NCBI GenBank assembly: GCA_017409005.1
Contig: JAFQTP010000002.1
Location: 377,286-441,285, forward strand
Source: Clostridia bacterium
GTDB taxonomy: Bacteria; Bacillota; Clostridia; Christensenellales; UBA1242
Direction of reading: 5' to 3'
Length of the DNA: 64,000 nt
The position numbers were made by a program, and so were the translations under genes. Shown piece after piece: positions 16,254 to 28,400 of this stretch (the first letter of the stretch is position 1; every line of letters begins with the position of its first letter). The notes below the pieces were generated by a model. That model was not told the DNA's origin, made no database searches, and saw only the letters and a list, made by a program, of their open reading frames with translations.

Positions 16254-16376
16254 GGTTCAAGAGGAAATATATTAATATATATTTATATATTAAATATTTT
16301 TGGTGGTTCTGGTTAATACTAACATTAACTTTACCAACCAATTACTTAAAAAACGAATGAACTTTGGAGAAGTACA

Positions 16377-16442
16377 ATGGTTAAAAAATTAAGCGCAATT
16401 ATTCTTGCTATATTTGGCTCGGTATTATTTTTGTGCGGTTGC
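16377..16442 (+). other. lipoprotein signal peptide / lipobox of giant protein 1
   Basis: A positively charged N-terminus (KK) and a hydrophobic core lead to lipobox L-C-G-C, with Cys22 encoded at 16440-16442. An acidic Gly/Ser/Glu spacer follows (about 16519-16612). Confidence 0.75.
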
Positions 16443-19400
16443 GGCGACCCATATAAAGATTTAAAGTTAACAGCATCAACAAGCAACATTGTGTTGTATT
16501 TAAACGAGGCTGTTGGTTCAGAGGGTAACGAGGCAACTGATGGCGAAAATTCTGGCGGAGAGTCGTCTGAAGGAGAGCAGGGTTCTTTAAGCCCAGGGCA
16601 ATCCGCCACCGATGCAGAAATTTCGGCTGCCTATCCATCTGTAACCTCCTTTGTTCTTAAATTAGACGGAGTTGAAAAAGGTGTTAGCACAAATGTAACA
16701 ATTTCGCAATATGCCTATAATGGTGTTGAAGATATTGTTAAAATTGAACAAATAACATCTAACATCACAGGTAAAGATGGTGGCGACGATGGTGCACGTT
16801 ATCAAGTTACAGCGCTAAGAAGTGGGTCCGGTTTAATTGTTATAACCACTGCCGAGGGTAATAAACGTGTTGAAATTGAAGTTTCGGTTAAAGTTCCGGT
16901 TAAAGGTATAAGTTTTAGTAATACAGCAAAAGCTGTTAAATATTTAAGTTCAATTGACCTATATAAATTTGTAACTTACAACCCAAGCACTACCGATCAA
17001 AAAGACATAACTTTCTATTTAAATGCTCCATCGGGCGAAGGTGTTGCTTCCGACGAGGTTGGGGTTATTGAAACCGATTATGCTAAAATTGAAAATGGCG
17101 TTTTAGTAACTAAAGAATCTCCAGGATACCCTGTAGATAGCATGGGTAACAGATATGTTCAAATTTATGGCGTTTCTAAATTTAACCCAAACATTAAAAC
17201 ACAAGTAATTAATTTACCAGTTATTGAAGTTATTAACCCAGACGACATTGTTTTAACAACAACAGCTGAAACCGAATCTGGCTATGTACAACTTCAAAAA
17301 ACTTCTAACAACTATGAAATTGTGCTTGGACACAACATTCCAGATAATCCATATATTTATTCTCGCGATTTAACTTTAAAACTTAGCGAAGAATATGTTG
17401 TAGACCAACAATATGTTATAACAACAAACTATTCACATTTAATAACCCCAGAATCTGTTTTTGAATTAACAGAATCTGTTTTAGAAGAAAACCGCTATAG
17501 TTATAGTGGCGTAAAAGAAAACTATCCTTACAAAAAATATAATTTCTCACAAATAGCAACTGGTAGTAAAACATTAGAGATTTATGTTGACCGCCGTGGC
17601 TACGAAGGCTTGTTTACAATAACTTTAAAAGTTAAAGTAACTGTTAAAGATTTTGGAACTCAGCTATTTGCAACAAAAGAAGATGGTCAAAGTGCAATTG
17701 CAAATGGTGTTACAATTTACAATGCTTATGGCTCGCAACAAAGTTTGGGTACAAGTGTTGTTTTAAACTTAACCCCAAACCCTAATAACGCATATAAAAT
17801 TCATTTAAATTTAACTGGTGCGCCACAAGTTTCTGGTTTGCCAGGAATTAAAATGTCGTTAGTTAATACAAATGAGGTATATTCAGGTTCGTCAGTTGCA
17901 TCTGGCACTAGAATTTACTTTAAGCATGTATATTCTTATGAAGAAATTACACAAATTCTTGGCGGAACACAACCTCCAACACTTGTAATATCGTACATAT
18001 ATTCACTAGCTCCAGTTGAGGGAACTACTGGTTATGCAACCTATTCAATTGAAGAACGTATTCCTTTAATTGTTGAGGCAGGTGTTGACGATATTTCTGT
18101 TCCAGCAGGAAATCAAGAGATTAAAATTAATGCAGTAACAGGGCAGGCTGTTGGAGATGCCGGCGCTGTTGAAGCATCAAACAATTTAAGTTTTTCAACT
18201 TCAATTTTAGAAGAGTCTGGGACTGAACCTGATGGTGAAACACCAGAAGGCGAAACTCCTGAGGGTGGTGAAGAAGAGGTTGAGGCTAACGAAATTGTGT
18301 TAGTTACAATTGGCGATCAACCTGCCGACCTAGCAAAACTTATTAAATCTGTAACCATTATTAACATAGATGGTGTTCAAACAAACATTAATGCTTTAAC
18401 TACTAACAGTAACACATTCTTTGATGTTGTGTTTAAAGAGGGACCACTATTAGGGAAATATAATCGATTAATAATAGAACCAAAACTTCAAGCAACGCAA
18501 GGCAGATTGGTTCTTGAAATAAAAACAAATAACTACATTACAAAAACAGTGGTTGTAGAGGTGTTTGTTCCAATTGCTTACGACGCAACTAACACATCTG
18601 CTGTAAATGTTGAAATTCATAGCGAAAACACCGTGGGTTCATATATCTACGAGGTTACAAAATCCAAACACCATGTGGTATATGATGGTGCTTTAACCAT
18701 TGTTCCAGACGATGTTTTACCAGAGGAACTTATTGGAACAACAACCGTTTATTCAACTTTAGAAGCGCTTACATTGTCGGTTAATAGTCGTGTTGGTTTA
18801 AATGTATTTAACTATGTGGTTTTAAACAACTCTAAGGGCGAACCTGTTGTTACAAGGGTTAACTATAACTCAAACATTTCGGTTTCGCAAAGCCGTGAAT
18901 ACTTTACAATTGAATACGAAAGTATTAATGGTGTTTCGGTTCCATTTATTGTAACCAAAAAATTAAAAACAGCAACGCCAATAACAATGGCAATTAGTGT
19001 TACTGGTTACGATGCAAATGGTGCACAAGTTTCGTTAATAAAAAACATTAACATAACCATTATCGAACCAATTACAAGCATTTCATTAACTCCAGTATCT
19101 TCTACTTTATACACCGAAAATTCACTTGGTGCATTAAGGTCTGAACAAAGTAGATTAAAATATAGCTTAAACGTATATCCTGTTAACGCAACAATAAATG
19201 CAGGAACAATAGTTGAATATAGGTATCGTAACGATGTTTTATATACTTTAAAAGCTGATTCCGGAAATTCGTATAATATTAGGGTTGAACACATTTTATC
19301 GTATGATTCAACCACAGGCGAATTTGTTGCATGTATTCAAGAAGAACGCATAAGCAACATTTTATTAGCATTTACTGCCGATTCGGGAATTAGTATTGAT

Positions 19401-22400
19401 AGTTCACAAGTTATTAAATCAATTTTTGAAAATAACGTTATTGTAACTGTTTATGCTGCACTACAACAATATGACAAACCAGAAATAACAACAAGCGCAA
19501 CAATTACAATTAGAAATGCGGAAAAAGTTGAAAAAATTATTCCTAGTAGCGATATTAACGGAATTTATTTCGACTTACGTAAAATTACAGAAAGTTATGA
19601 AGGTCAAACAATAACATTCAATGTTTTACCTTCTACTGCAAATAATAAAACTTTAATTGTTAACATTGCAGACGAAAGCGTTGTAAAAATTGTTTCAGGT
19701 GTAGACCAAAACAATAGAATTATTGGAAACAAAATTGTTATTAAACCAAATAACACAGCTGGCAGAACCAGCATTCGCATCACGCCTGAAGACAGCTACT
19801 ATAAAGATGGCAACACAGGAGCAATCATGCCAGGTCCATCAATTTATATTCCTATTCGTGTTGCTGATGGTACAAAAGCATATCCATTTGAAATCAAAAA
19901 TCCTGACGAGTTTATGGAAATTGGCGAAGATATTGCCGATGGAAATAACGAATATTACTACGTTTTAGTACAAACATTCTCAATGGCGGCTTTCGATTTT
20001 ACTCCATTCGATGCGTTCTTTGGTGGATTAAGTGGAAACTTTACTTACGAAGTTGATGGTATTAATTATACTCAACAAAATAGTTTGTATGGCTTAAACT
20101 TTAATATTGAAGTAAACCCAACTAACCCAGATTTAGAATATCATTATGGCTTATTTAAAACTCTTGCACAAACCGCAGAAATTGAAGGTGTTAATCTTGT
20201 AGATGTTAATTATCAGTTGTCGGTTCAAAATTCCGATTTTGAAAATGAAATTAACATTGGTGGTATTGCCGGTGTTAGCTACGGAACAATTAACGATTGC
20301 TCTGTAAGTGGAAAAATTAGTGTAAATTCTAATGTTAAAAATTTAAACATTGGTGGCGTAGCCGGAAAAGTTTTAGCTTTTGTTGAAATTTATCCTGCAG
20401 AAGAAATGTTTGCTGTAGCTGGCACAATTTCAGGAAAACAAAGCGCAACAAACTTCTCTGCTGGCTCAGAAACAGCAAATGTTCAAATAACATTTATTGG
20501 TTCAAGCGAAGTAACCGATGCAAACGTAAATATTGGTGGTGTGTCGGGTAGTGTAGAATCGTTTACTTATACCGATAGTATTGGTGAAGTTACACTAGTA
20601 GGTTCCGACTTTACAGGCTTTGGTGATTTATTACCAATTCCAGTTCATAAAGGTGTTGGTGTTTATCAAACAATTTCTCAACCAGTAATTCAAAACTTGG
20701 TTGTTGCTTCTAGTATTGTTAGTGTTAACGAAAGTGCACAACCATATAAAGCAAACATTGGTGGTGCGTTCGGATATTCAAACTCAACTTTAATGGAAAA
20801 TATTACAGTTGCAACCATTTTACGTGGTCATTCAAACGTTGGTGGTATTATTGGTAAAGCCGAACACAGCATTATTATGAACTCTGCTGTTGAATTTGCA
20901 AACCAAGGACAAACCGGCGCAAACACCATTGCAATTAGCGGATATAACAATGTTGGTGGTTTGGTTGGCTATGCCGAAAACGTTAATATTTTATATAGCT
21001 ATGTTCGTGCATACTTTAACAACAAAGCAATTGATAACTCGACATATTTTGGCAACATCGCATTGCTAGAAAGCACCGAAGCAACCAAAAATATTGGTGG
21101 TTTAATTGGTTATGCCGAGGCAACAACTATTAGCGACGAATTAAAAAATCTTGGACACACTGGTTTTACTTTAGATACGCTTATTGATGCAGAATATGAT
21201 ATTTCTGATTACGTAAATAATCAATCATCAAACGGAATTTTCCATTCTTACTTTAATGCTGATATTAACGCAAGTTATCAACCACTTTCTGGCATTGTAA
21301 ATGTTGGTGGTTTAATTGGCGCAACAACCGAAGCAGGAAAAGCATTAACTGGTAACATTGATTCAGTTTTAATCGAGGATTCATATGTGTACGGAAATAT
21401 TAAACTTCCAGAAACAAAAACATTCTCGTTTACTAACTATAAAACTTTCCCTGCAGATAATAGTTTTGTAATTGGAACATATACTTCATATGCTGCAGGA
21501 AATATTGAAAGTGTAAATCCATCTTATTACGACTATTCTATTGGCGATATTTCAACAGGTTCAAGCAATCTAATTGAAATTATAACACAGGGAATTGGCG
21601 AAACTCACGTTGTGGGTGAAGAGCCAGACACAACAAGTTATCAGGTTCAAAACATTACATTAAAAGTTCATTATGTTGCAAAACTTATTGGTAACCAAAC
21701 TCTATCTGTGGTAGAAGGTTCTGCCACCGAAACAAAAAATGAAACAATAGAAAGCATTCAAACTATTGAACAAACAAAACAAATTACTATAAATTCATTA
21801 CTTCCACAAGATGTAAAAGCTCATAGGGTTTATTACTTAATTAATGGTAATGGCGCAATTATTAGTTACATCGTTAATTCAAGTTACGCAATGTTTGACA
21901 TTGTTAGTTCTGAAACAATTGTTCATGACCCAACAAGGCTTCGCTACGATATAAACAACACGACAACTTATTCATATATGTCGTTGTCTGAAACACAAAA
22001 ATTTATTGATGCTGGCTTTAGCATTGTTGTTGCCGACATAACAAATGTTGAAAATTATAAATCTTCTGTGTGGTTAAAATGTGCAGAAATTAATGGTGGA
22101 AACCCAATTCTATTTGCAAAAACACACAATAATGGTCAAATATTATTTAAAGTTTTACCAACACAAATAACCATTAATATTGTTGATAATGCAGCTTTAG
22201 ACTTTAGTAATATAAGCTACATTAAAGATGGCGAAAACCTTGTGTTGTTCTATAACGAGCAAATTAGCGGAAGAGCATATAAATATGTAAACTACTACAA
22301 ACTTGTTAGTTCCGACGAACCAGCAGGAGCGGCTGAACCAATTACAGCATTAAACGTAAATTTAGATATTGTTGATTTGTATACAAAATATGGTATTAAC

Positions 22401-25400
22401 GCAAATTACGATAAAAACATGATTGTAACAAGCTCTAATCCAAATATTGTTAGTGTTGAAAATGGAAACCTAATTAAAACCATGGCAACCGGAACAGTAA
22501 CATTAAAAATTGCAAGTAAATTAGATGCATCTATTTACGACGAAATAAACATTTTAGTTGTTAAAGGTTTAAGCGATTTTGCTTTATATAAAACTAAAAA
22601 CTTAACAACTGAAGCCAACAAACTTGTTTCTATTAATAAAGGTGAAATTGTTTCCGACGATTCCGATGCAAAACTAGTTAGTGCAATTACTCAAGTTATC
22701 GATAAAACTTCAAATTATTATGTTGACACCATTAACGAAGATTCTGCATTACTTATGGACTATAATGGAACATATGTAAAAAACACCAGTATTGGTGTTA
22801 TGATGGAAGTTTCAGGAACAGGTAATGGTCGTGCTGTTGTAAACGGAATTTCTTTAGAAAAAGGTGTAACATACTTATTTACTTCATTAAACGAATTTTC
22901 GTTTACTGGAACCCAAAAAGGTTTAATTTATGTAACATTAACTCCATTCTTAATTACAAACAACTCACAATTTGGTGGCACAATTTATCAAACAACATCT
23001 AATGCTTTAAGCATGGATAATTGCATTTTGATTAATCAATTAACAAAAACCTACAAATTTAATGTTGTTCCTAAAGCAGAAAGCATTAAAGTAGATAAAT
23101 CTGCTGCAAATTTAGATCCTATTAAGTATGTAGATTTAACTGTAACAACAATTACAAGCGACTTTGCTTTAATTGGCGAAAATTACGAAGTTAACGAAAT
23201 TATAAATGTTACTATGGTTGATTTAAAAACCAATCGTACTGCCGCAGCATTTGTTTTAGATATGAATGGTGTTGGCACAAACAATAGTTTTATTAGCTTT
23301 GAAATTTTAAATAGAAGCACAAATGAAACTGACGATGAATTAAAAATTGAGTTGGTTTATTCGTTACGTTTACGTTTTGATACTGAAAAATATAAAAACA
23401 GAACTGGCGATGTAACATTTAACTTAAAAGATATTGGGTACAAAATTAATTTCTTCCCAACATCAAACACTGGAATTTTGGCAAGTTTTAACATTCAAAT
23501 TGTTCCAAGGGTAGTGCAAGAAGTTCAAATGGCATACTATCCTAATGCTGAAACTTCTGCATCGGGAAAATTCTATCCTCAAGAGGCAGAATCTGAATAT
23601 ATTGTGCCATCTAGGGTTGGTTTATTAAAAATTGAACTACTTCCAGATTATAACAATGCTGAATATGTAGAACTTACTGTTGAGGAAAGCATGAGTTCTT
23701 ACGTAACATTTGTTCAAAACCTTGCTATTATGGCTGAAGGTGAAAATAGTTATGTAACCGGATATCGTAAAACACTTTCCGACCCAGATGTTCTTCCAAA
23801 CTTTAGGGGCGTAAGGTTATTAAACCAAAGTGTTATTGTTAACGGAACAACTATTTACTATAACGGAAATTATTACGTTCAGGTGTTCCTATCCGAAAAT
23901 GCTCCTGTAAACCAACAAATAACCTTTACAGCAACAGCATATCGCACTGCTAACGGCGAGGTAATTCCAATTATATCTATGCCAATAACATTAACAATTC
24001 AACCACTTCCAAGCATTAATTTAACATATAATGGTGAACATAGTGGATTAATTGCCAAAGGAACAACTGCTGAATTAGAGGTTGTTGCAAGCAATTTTGA
24101 AGGAGATGTTCATTTAATTTCAACATCTGTTTTAGGTGATGCAACAAACGTTAGTGTTCCTAGATACGATTCAGAAACCGGAAAATGGTATGTTGATATT
24201 GGAGTTAACGCTCAAGCAGGCGACGTTGCAATAATTAAAGCAACTGCATCAAGGTTCTTAAATGGTGTTCTAGAAGAACGTACCGACGAAGTAAGGCTAA
24301 CCATTGTAGAATATATAATTAATGGTGTAAGGCTTAGTGGTGCATCTGTTGTTGGTGGAAACTATCACTATGAAGTGTTAAACGGACAAACTCACCCACT
24401 TAGCGTAGTTTTTGAAATTACAAAAGGTGAAGAAAACGAAAATGTTGATGCTCTGTTAACAAGTTTAGAGCAACAAGCAAGTGGTAGGGCTATGCCTTTA
24501 AATTCCGGAAGTTATGTTAACAACTGGTGGAGGGTGGTAAACGGAAAATTTGATGCCCCACTTTACTCAAACACAACTTATGGTAACTATCAGTTTGTTG
24601 AGGCAAAAACATCGGATATGGATAAAACTAATTACTTTGCAATTAGAACCATTTCGGTAAGCACAACAAATGTAATTGGTTATCGCATGAAATACTATTA
24701 TAACGAGATAGGTGTTCCAACAATTTATGTTGGCTCTGGCAACTCGGTTTACGATATATATGAAGTTGAGTTTACTTTTACATTAATAATTAAAGATAAC
24801 TCTACTTACGATCATCCAAACCCAATTGCAACAGTTTCAGAGTTTATGGCTTTGGGCGGATTAACTGCAAATGGCGAAGCGCTAGAGGCTGGTGCTGTAA
24901 CTGAAGGACATTATATTTTAGTTAACGACTTAGTGTTAGACAATTATTATCCTTTTGCAGCAAACTTTAGCACTTTAGATGGAAATGGCCATATTATAAC
25001 AATAAATAGCATTAACACCGAGAAGTATCAAGGTTCAAGTGGTGCAAATGTTGGATTGTTTGAAACTATTTCGGCAAACACAATCATAAAAAATATAACC
25101 ATTGATATTTCGCCAATGCTTGTAACCACAAAAATGGCGAACGAGGCACTAAAAGCCGAAGTTGGATATACTGCTCACATAGATTTAAGCAATGTAACAT
25201 CGTTCAACTTTGGTGTATTAGCTGGTCAAAACAATGGTTCGATAACAAATGCAAAAATTATAAACACAAAACAAACAACAATGAATGATGCCACATATAA
25301 AAATCTGTTAATTAACAGCACTGTGGGTTATTTAAATGGTAGCTTAGTAGAAGCTAAAGTTGGTGGTCTTGTAGCAATAAATAATGGTTCTATTTCAAAC

Positions 25401-28400
25401 TCGTATGTTGGTTTAAATGCTAAAAACTATTTAAATGAAGATTCTAGTACAGAGTTAAGAAGTAAAGTTGGTGAAAGTGGTTCAACTACAATACCAATTT
25501 ATCCTTTCAACATTGTTGGTGGAAAAAGTATTGCGGGTTTTGTAAATTCTAATAGTGGAATTTTGGCTAACAACTATATTCTAGGTGTTGGAATTATTAA
25601 CTCGGCAACCATTATGGAAGGAACACAAACTGCTGGCTATGTTGTGGAAAATAATCAATCAGGAACTATATTTAATAGTATGGTTGAGGGGTTGCGCACA
25701 AACAACTATCGTGCCGACGACCAAGTTTATATTGAAGCAAAAGGTTACATTGGCGGATTTGTATACATTAATAATGGACAAATTTCTAATGCATACTCAA
25801 ATATTAAAATAACAACAAATAGCGGTGGAAGTGGCGGTTTTGTTTATAAAAACGAACAAAAAGGTGTTATTACCAACGCATACTCAACTGTTTCAAATGC
25901 TAACAATAGCTTAGCGCATGGTCAATTTACTGGTATCGACGATAAAGATAATTATAACAATGCTGGAACATTAACATCGTGCTACTATTTAATTTTAGAG
26001 GGCGAAACTGAAAATGCTAACGAACCAGCAACTGGAATTGTTGGTAAATATATTGAAGGTGATGGTGCTGTTAGCGAAGAAGAAGACGAAGAAGAAACTT
26101 CTAACGACAACCCATTTAGGGATACTGGTTCGTTTAACGGATTCAACTTTGCTTCTGGTAACGATAAAAACAACATTTGGCAAATTAGCCAAACAACAAT
26201 GCATTTGGGTCCTAGACTTATTTCTGCTAGCCAAATGACAACATTCTCACACCGCGTATTAATGCATAGTGCAACTGGTTCGGGTGGCGAAACTATTTAC
26301 AACTATACATACGACGTAGAATGTTCATATGGTTCAGAATTAAACCCATTACTTGTTAACACTGCAACTGAACTAGTAACATTTATTATCAACAATAAAC
26401 AAACATTCACTTTTGGTACAGAGGTAAAACATGTGTTTGGTATTGCAACTACCGACGCATTAAGTAGTAAAGCACACTATATTCGTTTAATTAACGATTT
26501 AGATTTTAGTGCAATAACTCTAGAAAGTTTAAAGGTTGACGATTTAGAAATTAGCCAAATTGTTTTTGCCGGCGTTTTAGATGGCAACGGAATGAATATT
26601 AATGGTTTAACATTAATTGACAAGAAAACAGAAGAAGTGCACGAAAACTTTGGATTGTTTGCTCAGGTTGGATTAAAAGAATCTGAAATTGCTCAGTTAG
26701 GAACAGGAAACATTGTAAACTCGGCAATTATGAACTTAAGCGTAACAGTTAAAAGCGTTGAGGCAAGTTATGCTAGTAAGGTTGGCGTACTTGCAGGTTC
26801 AATGTATAATACCTCACTTATTAATGTAACAATTAATGGCGATAAAGAGTCTTCAATTAACGGATATAACATTGTTGGTGGATTTGCTGGATTAATTAAA
26901 AACTCTCAAGATAAATTAATTACAAACATTACAGCAAATAATATTAGTGCTAAGGCGGCATATGTAAGTGCAAGTGTTCCAGATTCAACATTGGTTGACC
27001 GCTATGGAAAAGCTTATAATGTTGAAAATTCTACCGATACTTATTTAGAGTTTTCATCTTATAAAACACAACCTAATGTTAAAGAACTTTCTTATGCTGG
27101 AGCCATTGCTGGAATTATTGATAACAACAACAGGCTTACCGATAATATAGGCGAAAATATTAAAACAAGCTTAGAAAATGCCGAAAAAATTGTTGTTAGT
27201 GGCTCAAATGTAACATATCCTACAGCGGCAGGTTCAACTGAAACAAATCCTGCAGATACATCTAATGTAAACGCTGCAGTTGATAACATTAATGCTCATC
27301 GCACAAAACCTGCAAACAACCTAGTTTCTAAAATAATTGTTCAAGGTGGCGGATATATTACAGCAGAACATGCTGGTGGAATGTTTGGCTATATTGGCGA
27401 AAATACCCATGTTAAAAACAGTAGATATTTGCTTGGACAAATTAAAACTGGTGCTGAAGAGGGCGAAAATGCGGTTGCGTTCCAACAAAAAATAATTGGT
27501 TCGCATTATGCAGGCGCAATTGTTGCAGAAAACTATGGTATGCTTGAACAAGTGTATGTAGATTATGTAGACGATTACAAGGCTAGTGTTGCAGAAGCGT
27601 TTAATTCGGGCACACGTGTAACTGGCGAAATTGAAGATTTGTTTGGTTCTAGTGCTGTGGTTGCAATTGGTGGAATTGCTGGTTATAGTGCAAGTAGTAT
27701 TATCTTAGATAGCTACACAATTGTAGATGTTGCTAATGCTGCTGCAAACATTGCAGGTGGATTAGTTGGTATTACTGCTGGTACAAACTACTTTAGCCAC
27801 GTTATTGCTTCTGGCGATGTGTTGGCTAAAAACCGAATTGGTGGATTAATTGGTTTATACGATTCGCTATATTGCGATTATTGCGAAGCAACAGACGCAA
27901 CAGTAACAAAAGCTCCAAAATTAATGCTAGACTATGCTTTTGCTATTAACGAATGGAGCTCTAAAGCTGAAGATTTACTAAAAGAAACTTTAAAAAGTCA
28001 ATATAAAAAGAGTGATGGTAATTACGAGTTTATTGTTCGTATGCCTGAAGTTGGTAATCAACCATTTAACGTTGTTACAACTTCAACTCAATCAGGTGTT
28101 AAATTTGACTACGAAACAACAGCAACCTTTGTTGGTTCGTTAATTGGTTTTGTTAATGCCGGAACAATAAATGCATCAGGCGGAGAGATTACCACAGTAT
28201 CACCTGCTGATGAAATTACAGAAAACCAATTAAAAGCTGTTGTTGAAAAAGGCAGAATTACACAAATTGTAAATAATGGTAGTGGTGATAGATACTTGTT
28301 TAGCACTGTTGTTTCAACAACATTTGGTAGTGCAAAACTTTCTAAAAACACAGGGTTGGCTTCAACCGACGAAGAATATGTTGTTGAAGAAAATGCCGAC

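Noticed and set aside
16266-16300. AT-only quasi-palindromes in the giant-gene leaders. ATATATTAATATAT is a perfect palindrome at ~16268-16281. A 12-mer, ATATTTATATAT, is shared at 16279-16290 and 34551-34562. A similar tract lies at 57351-57376 upstream of the rpoB promoter. I considered these as a possible shared operator.
   Set aside because: The leaders are nearly pure A/T. By rough estimate, a shared AT-only 12-mer between two ~100-nt AT tracts is not clearly beyond chance. The positions relative to the promoters differ for the rpoB copy. This is worth revisiting only if the tracts are conserved in relatives.
16346-16638. Two minus-strand ORFs (87 and 76 aa, Pro/Ser-rich) overlapping the start of giant gene 1.
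   Set aside because: They are the antisense shadow of the GC-richer acidic G/S/E spacer of the giant gene. They have no RBS and sit entirely within, or across, a much better supported CDS and its promoter region.
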